Below, piece by piece: positions 25,737 through 39,985 of a stretch of 64,000 bases of DNA. The position numbers and the translations under genes were made by a program. The stretch is from Octopus vulgaris (Eukaryota): positions 57,412,001 to 57,476,000 of the forward strand of contig OX597827.1 in NCBI GenBank assembly GCA_951406725.2. Direction: 5' to 3'. How positions within the stretch are numbered: the first letter of the stretch is position 1; each line of letters begins with the position of its first letter. A model generated the notes under the pieces. It did no database searches. It saw only the letters and a program-made list of their open reading frames with translations, and had not been told where the DNA came from.

Positions 25737-26249
25737 GGATAGACATCTCTCTCGCTGTATAGACAGACAAACAAACCGATAGATAGACAGACAGACAGAC
25801 AGACAGATAGATGTTCCACAAATAGACGCGCATACATTTAGGCATGATTCACTGACACTATTGATAAAATGCAAAGTCAATGATATTACACGCACAACTG
25901 TTACAGCTCCTATTATCTATGTATGCCGTATGTCACAGCATATCAACACTGCATAGACAAGATCGTCGGTTGAAATAACGTGCTGGACGCCATGTTCGTT
26001 AGAACGTCGTTTATTAGTCTTAGAACAATTGGTCGTGTTAAAAGCACTGGAATATTTATAATGTACAGTTGGTTCATTTGTAATTCGATTATATCTGACC
26101 AGATAATATCTTTGTTACGAAAATTCTGAAGGATTAGATTTTTAGTTAAAAATATTGTAGCTGGGTAATTTCATTTTTCAAACTTAACAAACTTAATTGT
26201 GAGCGCGCGAGTGAGTGTGTGTGTGTACCTGTGGTATATGTGTGTATAC

Positions 26250-26324
<75 letters not shown>

Positions 26325-26854
26325 CGTCTTACTTTTTGCATAATATTTTGACACTATACGAAGTTTTAACAGATTCTTTCCTTCTGTTGTTCTTGTTGAA
26401 GTTGTAGAATTGCGGATAGCAAAGGTGTTGATGGTGGTAATAATGGTGATGGTGATGGTGAGGGTGATGGTGGTGGTGGTACTTACGGTGGCCATTGTGG
26501 CGGTATAGTGGTAGTAGTGACTGTATCGTTGTTGTTGTTGTAGTGGGGGCGAAGGCGATGTTGGTAGTGGTGTTTCAGCCCTCAAGCAAGACCTTATTGA
26601 GCAGACCTATGTTCCTACCTTTTAGTTTATATAAACAAGACTGCATCATTCATATTGTTCCACTTTCTTGATTTTGTACCTTTGAGGCAATTCGGGCGCA
26701 ATTTCTAGCAAGTCGAGTGAAAGCATTGAGATACACTTTTTGGCACCTGAATATCAGTGTATATCGACTTGGTGGTAGATAACTGAGTGAAATTACTGTT
26801 GTTATTTAGCTCTCGGTAAAACATGATGAAGCAAATATATGAAAATAATATTAA

Positions 26855-27085
26855 GGGAGGTGAGCAGGCATAATCGTTAGCACGCCGGCTGAAATGCTAA
26901 GCGGTATTTCGCCTGTCGTTACGTTCTGAGTTCAAATTCCGCCAAGGTCGACTTTGCCTTTCATCCTTTCGGGGGTCGATTAAATAAGTACCAGTTTCGG
27001 ACTGGGTCGATGTAATCGACTTTATCTCTTTGTCTGTCTTTGTTTGTCCCCTCTATGTTTAGCCGCCGGTGGGCAATAAAGAAAT
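26855..27085 (+). mobile_element. SINE family B monomer
   Basis: GGTGAGCAGGCATAATCGTTAGCACGCC..GAGTTCAAATTCC..GTCGACTTTGCCTTTCATCCTTTCGG. Confidence 0.82.
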
Positions 27086-27097
27086 ATTATTGATTTA

Positions 27098-27679
27098 AAG
27101 GCGGCCAGCTGGTAGAAACGTTAGCACGCTGGGCGAAATGCTTAGCAGTATTTCGTCTGTCGCTGCGTTCTGAGTTCAAATTCCACCGAGGTCAACTTTG
27201 CCTTTCATCCTTTCGGGGTCGATTAAATAAGTACCTGTTACGCACTGGGGTCGATGTAATCGACTTAATCCGTTCGTCTGTCCTTGTTTGTCTCCTCTGT
27301 GTGTAGCCTCTTGTGGGCAGTAAAGAAATAGGTATTTTCGTCTGCCGTTACGTTCTGAGTTCAAATTCCGCCGAGGTCGACTTTGCCTTTCATCCTTTCG
27401 GGGTCGATTAAATAAGTACCAGTTACGCACTGGGGTCGATGTCATCGACTTTATCTGTTCGTCTGTCCTTGTTTGTCTCCTCTGTGTGTAGCCCCTTGTG
27501 GGTAGTAAAGAAATAGGTATTTTGTCTGTCTTTATGCTCTGAGTTGAAATTCCGCCGAGGTCGACTTTGCCTCTCATTCTTTCGGGGTCGATAAATTATG
27601 TACCAGTTGCGTACTGGGGTCGATCTAATAAAGTGGCCGCTCCCCCCAAATTTCGGGCCTTGTGCCTAGAGTAGAAAAG
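27098..27679 (+). mobile_element. SINE family B, trimeric copy
   Basis: One head plus three ~185-bp units; flanked by AATATTA(T/C)TGATTTA (27083-27097 / 27680-27694); central block resembles the Meta/MESC SINE domain (recall-based). Confidence 0.85.
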
Positions 27680-27933
27680 AATATTACTGATTTAGGGTTT
27701 GGTTTGCTATTTTGATAAACAGCATATATAATATTTGTACATTGAAGTTAAACGGTCTTAGAGCCCATTATATCTTATCCACTCGGCCAGCCGTATTTAC
27801 AGAATTCAGATCCCAAAACTCCCGAGTGATAGGGAACATGAAAGTGTGTTGTACCGCCAATACCTTTCCCATGAGTATTAATGACGAAAATAAAATCGTT
27901 CTGTCTAACGACTGAAATTTCATAACAGTATCA

Positions 27934-28022
<89 letters not shown>

Positions 28023-28628
28023 AACCTAGCTATATCGTCTTCAAACAAAAGTTCCATGCATCTATATATTTTATAGAAGAGAAATGAACTTTCATTTCAT
28101 TCATTTCTTTCTCGATCGATCTGCAGTATAAGTGAGTTTATTTCGCGTTCAAATTGAAACCATGCGGTGATTTTAAGTAGACCACCAATATATCTCTTCT
28201 ACAATGCTAACCGTTAACGCTGTGCTAATAATATAAACGATGAGTTTATTTGCTAACGGGTTCATCCAAGAAATGATTTGTTCATTTGGCCAACGAAGCT
28301 GAAAAGACTGAGATCTAATATGTCTCGAAAATAAAGAATCTGCTTTTACTTTCATTGTTTCTAAAAATAAACGTGTAGAGGAAATTGAGTGTACCAGAAG
28401 ATCGTACTTCAGCAAATGTCAATAAACAGAAGTGTGTGTTTGAAAGGGTCAAACTTGAATTTCTCAAGACGGGAAGAACAAAAGATATCTCAAAATAAAA
28501 AATACTTTTTTGAAGTTTAAATTTGTCTGAAAATGCTATTCTTGACTTAATAATTCTTGACTGGTCATTCTTCCTTTATTGCTGGTTTTTCTTTCAAGAA
28601 AACAATGTTATTCACACTTTTTTAAATA

Positions 28629-29039
28629 CTCTCTTTTACTCTCTTTTACCCTTTTACTTGTTTCAGTCATTTGACTGCGGCCATGCTGGAGCACCACCTT
28701 TAGTCGAGCAAATCGGCCCCGGGACTTATTCTTTGTAAGCCCAGTACTTATTCTATCGGTCTCTTTTTTGCCGAACCGCTAAGTAACGGGGACGTAAACA
28801 CACCAGCATCGGTTGTCAAGCAATGCTAGGGGGACAAACACACACACACAAACACACACACATATATATATATACATATATACGACAGGCTTTTTTCAGT
28901 TTCCGCCTACTCACAAGGCATTGGTCGGCCCGGGGCTATAGCAGAAGACACTCGCCCAAGATGCCACGCAGTGGGACTGAACCCGGAACCATGTGGTTGG
29001 TTAGCAAGCTACTTACCACACAGCCACTCCTGCGCCTAT
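28629..29039 (-). mobile_element. SINE family C, full length
   Basis: Reverse complement of 19120-19527 over its whole length. Confidence 0.88.
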
Positions 29040-29061
29040 ATACATATTGGTTATAAAGGTG

Positions 29062-29385
29062 TAAAGGTGCATGGCTTGGCGGTTAGGGTGTATTCGGCTC
29101 ACAGTCGTAAGGTTGTGAGTTCAATTACCAGCGGCGCCTTGTATCTTCGAACAAAACACTATATTTCACGCTGTTCCAGTTCACTCATCTGATAAAAAAT
29201 GAGCTGTACCTGTATTTCAAAGGGCCAGTCTTATCACATTTAGTGTCACGCTAAACTATGTTAAGGGTACACGTAAGAACTACGTTAAGGATACACGTGT
29301 CTGTGAAGTGCTCAGCCACTTGCCCGTTAATTTCACGAGCAGGCTCTTCCGTTGATCGGATCAGCTGGAACCCACGTCGTCGTAA
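29062..29385 (+). mobile_element. SINE family A-related (tail type 2)
   Basis: Colinear with 12058-12376. Confidence 0.78.
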
Positions 29386-29387
29386 CT

Positions 29388-29585
29388 ATAGGCCTGAAAT
29401 TTTGTGGGAGGGGGCTAGTCAATTACATCGACCCCAGTGCGTAACTTCGACTTAATTTATCGACCTTGAAAGGGTGAAAGGCAAAGTCGATCTCGGCAAC
29501 ATTTGAACTCAGAACGTAGCGACGAGCGAAGTACTGCTAAGCATTTCGCCCGGCGTGCTAACGATTCTTCCAGCTCGCCGCCTTA
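29388..29585 (-). mobile_element. SINE family B
   Basis: Reverse complement of the family B head, unit and tail. Confidence 0.78.
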
Positions 29586-29590
29586 ATAAC

Positions 29591-29639
<49 letters not shown>

Positions 29640-29651
29640 TAATAATAATAA

Positions 29652-29710
<59 letters not shown>

Positions 29711-29720
29711 ATAATAATGA

Positions 29721-29754
<34 letters not shown>

Positions 29755-29984
29755 GGTGGTGTTCGTACTGCTGTTCGTGCTAGTGCTGTGAAGAAATCAA
29801 TAGTGTAGTGGCTGTCACAACAGCCAGAAACACTCCCCTCCCCGTCAGACTCCATATTGTTTTTCGTGTAAACGAAAAACAAAACTTCTTTTTTTTTTGT
29901 AAAAAAAGGACCAAACGTCAAACATTCGCCCTTAAAAGAGAGAACTTTTAACAATTGGACCCCTTCTGCACACCGAAGTGGGTT

Positions 29985-30349
29985 CAGAAAATAAAGGGAC
30001 AAGTCGATTACATCAACTCCCAAAACTCTACTGGTACTTAATTTATCGACCGGAAAGGATGAAAGACAAAGTCGACCTCGGCGGATTTTGAACACAGAAC
30101 GTAACACAGAAATACCTATTTCTTTTACTACCCACAAGGGGTTACACACAGGGGACAAACAAGAGCAGACAAACGGATTAAGTCGATTACATCGACCCCA
30201 GTGCGTAACTGGTACTTAATTTATCGACCCCGAAAGGATGAACGGCAAAGTCGACCTCGGCGGAATTTGAACTCAGAACGTAGCGGCAGACGAAATACGG
30301 CTACGCATTTCGCCCGTCTTGCTAACGTTTCTGCCAGCTCGCCGCCTTC
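29985..30349 (-). mobile_element. SINE family B, dimeric copy
   Basis: Two tandem units followed by the head CTAACGTTTCTGCCAGCTCGCCGCC. Confidence 0.8.
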
Positions 30350-30466
30350 ACAACATTAATGATGATGATGCTGATGATGATGATGATGATGATGATGATG
30401 ACGATGACGACGACAGCGACAATGATAACAATTACAAGAACAACAACAACAATAATAATAATTAGC

Positions 30467-30501
<35 letters not shown>

Positions 30502-30752
30502 TGTGTCGGTTTTATCATCACAGTTATTAATATATTTTGACGCTGGTGTTCTTATTTTCTGGATTTTGCAATAAAGCGAATAGTGTTTTCCAGTCACGTA
30601 GCTCTACAGTGGTAAATCAGTCAGTCAGACGACACCCAATCAAATTTTGGTCAACAAAAATGTTGGTAGGTCTACTGATTGAAATTTTGTCGGAGGAATG
30701 GAGGGTGTGTGTGTACTGTCAATCAATACTATTGCACGTTCACGAGTGTGCA

Positions 30753-30822
<70 letters not shown>

Positions 30823-31464
30823 CGTGCCTTTGAGTGTGTGTATGTTTTTAACAGTCGAATGTTGCATGAACTATTTTTCCTTTCGAAGGTGGTTCGTTCT
30901 TTGCCCCCAGCCAAGGTGGATTGCGCGTGCATACACACACACACGCGCGCGCATACAAACACACTCACATGTACGTGTGTGTGTCTGTGTGTGTACATAT
31001 ACTAGAGACTAATAGATTATCGATTCGACCAGACTAAATGAAGCCCACGTACCTATCCGTCATGGATTTCAGTCAGAAGCAAACGATATAACAGAATTAA
31101 GTATACGACACATGTGTATGTACGTTTGTGTATGTATGTGTATGTATGTATGTATGTATGTATGTATGTATGTATACACACGCACAAACATGCACATATA
31201 TATAAGTATATGTTAGTTGTCTATGAGTCCTATAAGTCAGGAAAAAGTGCACTCGTATATCTGTCAATAGGGTCAGTATATTATCCGAAATTTGCAGCCA
31301 TTACGACCGATCTTACCAATCTGTTTCGTGCTAGAGATTTAATAGAACGTTTGGTAACAATCCGATTATGTAACCTTGCGCTCATCAGAGATAGCCGATA
31401 TGGAATGAAGTATGGCGATTGCTCTCTATTGTTGGAGGTGAATTGACACATCTGGTTTGCAATA

Positions 31465-31501
<37 letters not shown>

Positions 31502-31679
31502 TCTTTTACTTGTTTCAGTCATCTGAACCCGGAACCATGTGGCTCGTCAGCAAGCTATATACACATATGTATGCACACACATGCACACACACACATACAC
31601 ACACATATATGCACATTTGTATGTAAGTGCGTGTGTATATAAACCGCATAATTTTTTTCGGGCATAGTCCTGGTTAGTG

Positions 31680-32060
31680 GGGACGGATTCTCCTTTTTCA
31701 TTGTGTGCTAATCATTATTCTTTTCACTAAATATGATGATAGGGAACCCACTCTCATCATTTGTGAGGATTTTGCACAGGAATGATTCGAATAGAGTTTT
31801 CAGAGGCTCGATATCGACAAAACTTGGTTGTCTAGATCGAAAGGAATCTACAAAAACAAATTTCCCGAGAGAAACTGGCCACTCCATTGGTGCCACGTCC
31901 GTACACTTAAAGCTTCATTTCAACACACAGAACGAATATAACTTGCCGCTCCCGTTGCTGAAAAGTCCCTTTTGAATTCATATGGCATGCAAAGTCTGAT
32001 ATGGGTCTGAGCTGAACTCGTTTTAAAAAAGTTAAAGACAGAAAATAAAATTAGAATGGA
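31680..32060 (-). mobile_element. Mariner transposase fragment (internally deleted)
   Basis: DSFRSRQPSFVDIEPLKTLFES joined to FLCKILTNDES (HTH linker and first catalytic motif). Confidence 0.55.
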
Positions 32061-32321
32061 AATAGTAATGCTAATTTTTGTGTGAGTATTGAAAAAGTAC
32101 CTTCAAAGTGATCATGCACAAAATGCGACATTATCTTGCAATTTAGTATGTGTGTGTGTGTGTGTGTGTGTAATACATTTATACATTGTACTTGTGTGTC
32201 TGTATGTTCGCGTATATATAATAATAATAAAGGGTAAAATTAATTAATCAATTAATAATTAATAATTTTACCAAGTAGTTCGGTATGTTAAAATAACCAT
32301 TATCGGTAACCTTATACAAAC

Positions 32322-32550
32322 ATTCTATAATTATAAGCATAATTATAATTAAGGTTCAGCAAAAATTGCTTCACCACATACTGGGTGGATTCGTTATTTT
32401 TCCCCCTTCACCTGCTTGAGTTGAGAGTATTGCTGTGTGGGAGATATCTTATGGTAGTAGAATATTATTTAACTGCTATTTCTAAATTTCGGTATGTGGT
32501 GAAGCAAAGTTCTGCTGAACCTTAATTATAATTATGCTTATAATTATAGA

Positions 32551-32552
<2 letters not shown>
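32322..32552. repeat. Inverted repeat (~60-bp arms, ~110-bp spacer)
   Basis: ATTCTATAATTATAAGCATAATTATAATTAAGGTTCAGC..TGCTTCACCACATAC mirrored at 32492-32552; abuts (TA)n. Confidence 0.88.
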
Positions 32553-32593
<41 letters not shown>

Positions 32594-32797
32594 AGATAAT
32601 GGCGTCATTGAGACCCAAAGGTGTCATGTAATGCTGAATAAGTGCTATAGACAGACCATAGTTCCAGATTCGGTAATATTGCGAATAAAGGGTTCAACGT
32701 TGGTTCTATGTCAGCGTGTGTATATAAGAATTTTTTGCGTAATGAAATAAAAAAAAACCCAAGGCTGTATAGATATTAGAACATTTATAGATAGGAG

Positions 32798-32849
32798 GTC
32801 TTACAGCTATTTCTAGAATAATAATTAATAATATCCCTTCTTCGGAGAC
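32798..32849 (-). ncRNA. Degenerate hammerhead motif
   Basis: GTCT-CCGAAGA-..-GAAAT AGCT GTA-AGAC: stem I perfect, palindromic AGCT loop III, core substitution CTGA>CCGA. Confidence 0.5.
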
Positions 32850-33185
32850 GGTGTGAGAGGAAAAATTAAGTCATAGTTAGTTTCGATGTGATACAAATAG
32901 AGTGTGATGTGGAGGAGAGAAAATAGATGTAAGATATGTATGGGTATTGAATTCGTAAATCCGTATATTAGGCATAATGGTATATATGCAATATTCCAAT
33001 ATCGTTTGAATCTAACAGAGTTTAATATGAGTCCATCCAAATATAGAGTTTATAAGCAATGTAAGATTCTCTTAAACTTGGTCATTCCCAGTAGGGAAAT
33101 AATATAGAGTGTAGCAGAGTCAAGGTTTGTATTTAAACTTAGTGTATGTGTATGTGCGTGGTGTGTGAGAGATAAAGAGAGAGTG

Positions 33186-33465
33186 GGAGAAAGTGCATGG
33201 CCTAGTGGTTAGATTGTTGCATTCACGATCGCAAGATCGTGGGTTCGATTTCTCGGACAGAGGGGTGCGTTGTGTTCTTGAGCAAAACACTTTATTTCAC
33301 GTTTCTTTAGTCCACTCGACTGTGAATCGGTAACTCTGCGATCAGGAAGAATGGTTGCCTGCGCACCTACCAACAATATGGCATCATTCGAAAGCTAAAA
33401 CGATGCAAAGTACATTGTGACCAGCATTGTATAACAATATCCGAAAGTCTAGTCGATCGCATGAT
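33186..33465 (+). mobile_element. SINE family A-related (tail type 3)
   Basis: TGGCCTAGTGGTTAG..GGGTTCGATT head; tail GCTAAAACGATGCAAAG..CATTGTGACCAGC shared in reverse with 52378-52470. Confidence 0.7.
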
Positions 33466-34112
33466 GTGTGTGTGTAAATATATATATATATATATATACA
33501 TACATACATACATACATACATACATACATACATACATACATACATACATACATACATACATGCATACATACAAACAAACAAACATTCAAAAATACTCCAA
33601 ATGTGAATTTGTCTGTGTTAACTACATCCCAAAGATGGAGCCTCGTATTTTTGTTGGCAACAGGCTCGCCCCCACCTCCCCTCAGTGGAAGATCCATAAT
33701 ATTTAAAATATAGTAGAAACATAAAGAGCATTTAGTCGAAGAGTAAACAGGTTCTTTAAAAAAGGTACCGTTTCTTTTCTCGTCCCTTTTTGCTTGCTTA
33801 TTTCTATTCTGACAAAGGTTTGAGCAAAGACGTCAGTCCACTTCTATTTCTTTTCCCTTTTGATTTTCGGCGCACAATACAGGTGCACAACATTTTTATG
33901 TTAATTACTTTTTCTTTTTTTGTATGTGTGTATGTGTGTGTGTGTGTGTGTGTACGTGTGTGTGTGTGTGTTTACAGTTGTCCACCCCCTTTTGAAGTTT
34001 TGTCGACCTATCATAACCTTTCACGTTGTCCAGCTGTCTGTCACTTTTTCCTTGTTCCATCAACACTGTTTTTCTCCCCCCCCCACACACACACACGCAC
34101 ATAGAAAGATAG

Positions 34113-34173
<61 letters not shown>

Positions 34174-34462
34174 TATATACATACATATATGTACATACCT
34201 ACATATATATGTATATATACATGCACATATGGGTACAGGACATCAAAAAAACGATGAACACAATGAGAAACGAAAACATAAAAACAAAAACATAAAAAAC
34301 GAACTTTTTTTTTCGAACAACGAAGAAAACAGAGAAACGAAACATACAACATAAAGAACATTCCCCTTCTTCAGCTGTCCCTGTTTCATCTACTACACAC
34401 ACATACACCATGAATGAGAGGGAGACAGACGGACAGACAGACACGCAGACAGACAGATAGAC

Positions 34463-34505
<43 letters not shown>

Positions 34506-34514
34506 TAGACAGAC

Positions 34515-34603
<89 letters not shown>

Positions 34604-34841
34604 CTTTATTCTGCTAGTTCTCTAGATTTGGTTGTGCTATGTTCTTGGCAATAAATATTGTTGGTTCCATTTGCTCAAAGATAGTCTTTAATTGCACTTA
34701 GGTAAAACCAATTTACCTTCGAGTGCGTATATAATTATGTATATACATACGCACATATACATGTGTGTCTGTGTGCATATATAAATATATATATATATAT
34801 ATATACGCACACACACACACACACATATATATATATGTATA

Positions 34842-34875
<34 letters not shown>

Positions 34876-35511
34876 CATACATACAAATACACGCAGACGA
34901 AAAAGAATTAAACGATATCATCTAATTCCTTACATTATACACTATACGATTTAAAATCATGTTTGTTTTATCACTTCACCTTTTTATCTATATATTTTTG
35001 GCAAGACGGGGGTCATATGCGTATTTTTTTCTTTCACAATTCCTTCAATTCATTTTGTATTTTCATGTTTTTTTATTTTTACTTTTTATTTTTTTATTTT
35101 TTCTATGCATATGGTAACTGAACACAAACACACATACATGTTTGCCGACCGAATAATAAATGGAGAAGAAAAGAAACGAAAGCGAGGCAATTATTCTTAC
35201 TGAGCAGGAAAAAAAAAATATTAAAAGAGAAACAGTCGCCATTTTATGTCAAGCATATACTGCTTCAGTATTTTCATGGCCTGCTTTTTCGATTACGTTC
35301 CTCCTATTTCTCCCACATATCTAGCAACGGTTTAAATAGAATAGATCTTCCAATTCACTGCAATCGTGAAAAAAATAATTTGCGATATGCAATCTCACGC
35401 CTGACAAATACCAGTCAGTACTATTTTGTTTTTTTCAGATAAATTGTTCTTTGTGTATGTATGTATGTATGTATGTATGTATGTATGTATGTATGTATGT
35501 ATGTATGTATG

Positions 35512-35545
<34 letters not shown>

Positions 35546-35707
35546 TGTATGCATTATGTATGTATGTATGTGTATATGCATGTATGTATGTGTGTAAGAT
35601 GCATGCGTGTATATGTGCTTCTTATGTAAACGGGAGTGTGTAGCTACGTATAAATATATTCATATATGTATGATGCATGCATATATATATATAGATATAT
35701 ACAAATG

Positions 35708-35745
<38 letters not shown>

Positions 35746-35876
35746 GGGCTTGTACGTATGTTTATATGTATGTATAGAATGTATAGCAGTATGTATTTAA
35801 CTTTCTGTCTACCTTTGCATTTATGTATATATGTATGTATGCATGTATTATGTATGTATGTATGTATGTATGTATG

Positions 35877-35910
<34 letters not shown>

Positions 35911-36167
35911 TTATGTATGTATGTATATATGTATATATGTATGTATGTATGTATGCACACAAGTAGGTGAGTAAGTAATTATGAAGTTATATAAGTAGGT
36001 ATTTATGCATGTGTGTACGTATTCATCTACGCATGTATGAATGTATGTATGTATGTATGTACGTAGATATGTTTTAGTATATATACATATTTATGTATGA
36101 GTGTAGGTATACATACAGACAAGCATATATTTATGCATGTCTATGCATGGGTGCACATGTTTATATG

Positions 36168-36232
<65 letters not shown>

Positions 36233-36858
36233 CTATGTATGTATACGCATGTATGTAGATACACACACATGCATGTGTATGTGTGTGTTTGTGTGTGGGG
36301 GGGGGGGAAGCGTGTATGGACGCAGACATGGCTGAGCGATTAAAAAGTTCGCTTTGTAATCATGTGATCCCGGTTTCGATCCCACTGGGTGACCTCCTCA
36401 GTATCTCTTACCATAGCCTTGGTGGAAAATGTGTAAATTTCGAGTTCGGTAACATGGATTATCTTTGTAAGTTAAAGGCACAGCTTTATCATATGTTGCT
36501 TCACACTGATTCGGCCTGTGGTGAGTAAAGGCTAAGGGTACTCGTGCCTGCGAAATGCTCACTCACGTACACTTTAAGTTAACGAGTAACAAGATTAGTT
36601 GAACATACACAAACACACGCACACACACATATATATACATATATATACATTTATGAATACATAAATATATACATATCTATATATATATATATACATATAT
36701 ACATACATATATATATATACACACATATATATATATACATATAACTATAGACATATATATATGTGTGTGTGTGTGTGCGTGTGTGTGTATACATATATAC
36801 ACACAATCATATACATACACATACATATATATATACTTATACACACACACACACACAT

Positions 36859-36924
<66 letters not shown>

Positions 36925-38572
36925 GCATTCATGTATTTATAGTCGTAGGCAAATATTTTTTTATCCATGTAATGTATATGTACGTATGTATGGATATTAA
37001 GTAGGTATGTATGTATGTATGTATGTATGTAGCTGACATATGTGTGTAGACACATAATTTCCATTCGGTTAGTGTTGCTATCTTAACGCTTTCTCCTCTC
37101 TCCTACTAAAGCATTACTTTTACGATTTTTAAATCGGACACCATTTACAGAAAGGTAGATTGCATTTCTACTTTCTGTCAGTAAGATAACAGTAGTCACC
37201 ACACTGAAATAATGGCAAATCAAACTCGATTCGCCAAAAAACCATAATCCCCAAAAATAATTCACGTCGAGAATAAAGATTTCGACGTAAAGTTAGTTAC
37301 AATTTCTACTGGTAATTAGGTTTGCAGTTTTGTTTCCTACTAGTAATTAGGTCTTCAGATCAAACTTTGATTAATATGAAATTCAAAATTACACGGAGAT
37401 TGATTATAGCGTAGTTCACTTAGTCCAGAATAACATTTCTCTCTGTTGATTACACTCAGATGTAAAGCTGTAGACATCAGCTTCTATTAAGTCATAGAAC
37501 ACAACAGAAAATAAGAGATCATTTTCTGTCTAGCAATAAAACGGACGTTGTTTATTCAGTCCGTACAAATATTTAACCGCAACGCGTAACTCAGATGGAA
37601 GGTGAATTTAAATGCAGTTCATACCCAGTCATTAAGCACCAAAGCAAAGATACCACTCCATCGTGTCGGCGAGAAAATTATATCAAATTATATAGGACTA
37701 AATAGAGAATGATAGGAGTAGAAATTCGAAGTATGAATACTTTGTATATTGAATGTCCTCACCAAAAAGTCATGTCTTTCTTATTCAATTTCGTATTTGA
37801 ATCCGAACAGATCGTCGTTCTAATTTACATCACGACTGCCTTTTCCTTTAATATATGAAGGCAGATATGACCGTGTAGAGGCGCGTTGGCTTAGTGGTTA
37901 GGGTGTTGGACCCATGATTGTAAGATTGTGGTTTCGATTCATGGACCGGACGACGCATTGTGTTCTTAAACAAAACACTTAATTTCTCTTGCTCTAGTCC
38001 ACTCATGGGAAAATGCAAAATATGAAGTCGCGATAGGCCTAGAAAGCCAGCAACGAATTGTAGACCGGCCTAAAAAATACAGACGGGAACTTCTGAACTG
38101 ACAGGTCATAGTAGGCCTACCCTGATGTTGGGTATTACCTTCTTTTTTTATTTAGATATTATCTTACTTAAACTGTTTCAAATACAATCCATAAATTGAA
38201 TGCCTAATTCAATTTCATGGTTCTGAGATCATTGAACGGATAAGAAAGCTTCACTTTCTACACATACGACATTGTTTAAGCCAGTCATGGGCAAACTGCG
38301 ACCTGCAGAACCTTCTGAGCATTATGCCTCATTTCCTGAGGAAAATAACGTTTATTAAAATTACATTGAATTCTTTTTAGTCGTGCGCGCACACACACAT
38401 CCCCCTCACCTCATGCGGCCGGTTTCTCGAAAACGATTATTTATGTCTGGTTTAAGTTGTACGGTCTTGGTAATGATTTCTGATGTAAGTAGCAGGCCAG
38501 TAATTTTCAGAGGAGTCGGTAGGCCATACAATCGACATCAGGATTTCACCGGTACTCTATTTTATCAATCCC

Positions 38573-38807
38573 TAAAGGCGGCGAGCTGGCAGAATTGTTA
38601 GCATGCTGGGCGAAATGCTTAGCGGTATTTCGTCTGCCGTTACGTTCTGAGTTCAAATTCCGCCGAGGTCGACTTTGCCTTTCATCCTTTCGGGGTCGAT
38701 AAATTAAGTACTAGTTACGCACTGGGGTCGATGTAATCGACTTGATCCGTTTGTCTGTCCTTGTTTGTCCGCTCTGTGTTTAGCCCCTTGTGAGTAGTAA
38801 AAAAATA
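38573..38807 (+). mobile_element. SINE family B monomer nested in an older antisense family B copy
   Basis: 22-bp direct repeat GGTACTCTATTTTATCAATCCC at 38551-38572 / 38808-38829; the flanks (about 38500-38950) read as a minus-strand family B copy. Confidence 0.9.
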
Positions 38808-39444
38808 GGTACTCTATTTTATCAATCCCGGAAGGATGAAAAGCAAAACTGACCTCGGCGGAATTTGAACTCAGATTGTAAAGAACTGGAAGAATTACAT
38901 AAATGGAATATTTCCAACGTTTTAACAATTCTGCCAGCTCACTGCTTTAAACAGTGAGAAAAAAAAATTGTGTTACCGAGTTTCAGGGTGTTCCTTCACT
39001 GAATTGCTTCCTTTCTCTTATACATACTGGAACTAGCTTGTTGTTTTTCTTGTTTGGCACCAAGTCAACGCTGACTGAATAGACCCACAATCAGTCACCA
39101 GCATTTCAGTCATGACCATCTCGTCTTTCTCCCAAACATTACATAAGAATAACTACATTATTCTATGTTCTTGCCTTTTCAAAACAGAGAGATTTGGCTG
39201 CTATTTCTAACAACGTTAACACGTGTAAAAGGGCAGGTATATATAGTATAAGATATTCAGTGTCTAAAATATTGTATAGGACAAGGATGTCCAACCCGCG
39301 ACCCGCGGGTCGCATTACGGCCCACTTAATATTTTCATATGACCCACTGGCGATTCAAATTCTAATTCTATGTTATTTTCTAGTTATATTTTCATTTACA
39401 TTATTTACATTTGACGGATATTTGACCTCATCTTGTTTGTTGTT

Positions 39445-39490
39445 AACACAACGTTTCGGCTGATATATCCTCCAGCCTTCATCATGTGTC
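39445..39490 (-). ncRNA. Hammerhead motif, degenerate copy
   Basis: GACAC-ATGATGA-A-GGCTG..CAGCC-GAAAC-GTT-GTGTT; first core C changed to A, stem II perfect. Confidence 0.6.
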
Positions 39491-39596
39491 TTGGGGAAAT
39501 TTCGAACATGGGTTCTCATTCCTAAGGTATTTTACGATGTTGTTGTTGTTATTATTATTATTATTATTATTATTCAGCCCGCGCTCTTAACCACTG

Positions 39597-39985
39597 ATGG
39601 ATAGAAGCACTCCGTCGGTTACGACGACGAGGGATCCGGTTGATCCGAATCAACGAAACATCCTGCTCGTGAAATTAACGTGTAAGTGGCCGAGCACTCC
39701 ACAGACACGTGTACCCTTAACGTAGTTCTCGGGGATATTCAGCGTGACACAGAGAGTGACAAGGCCGGCCCTTTGGAATACAGGTACAACAGAAGCAGGA
39801 AGTAAGAGTGAGAGAAAGTTGTGGTGAAAGAGTACAGCAGGGATCACCACCATCCCCTGCCGGAGCTCGTGGAGCTTTAGGTGTTTTCGCTCAATAAACA
39901 CTCACAACGCCCGGTCTGGGAATCGAAACCGCGATCCTATGACCGCGAGTCCGCTGCCCTAACCACTGGGCCATTGCGCCTCCAC
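39597..39985 (-). mobile_element. tRNA-derived SINE family A (tail type 2), full length
   Basis: Head near-identical to 2913-3040; flanked by repeated CTTAACCACT. Confidence 0.88.

Noticed and set aside
33805-33840. CTGACAA..GACGTC HHR-like remnant
   Set aside because: Too many core mismatches to support.
39281-39350. hAT-like termini (also near 16554, 38283, 45800)
   Set aside because: Short and unpaired; TIR pairs and 8-bp TSDs could not be established.
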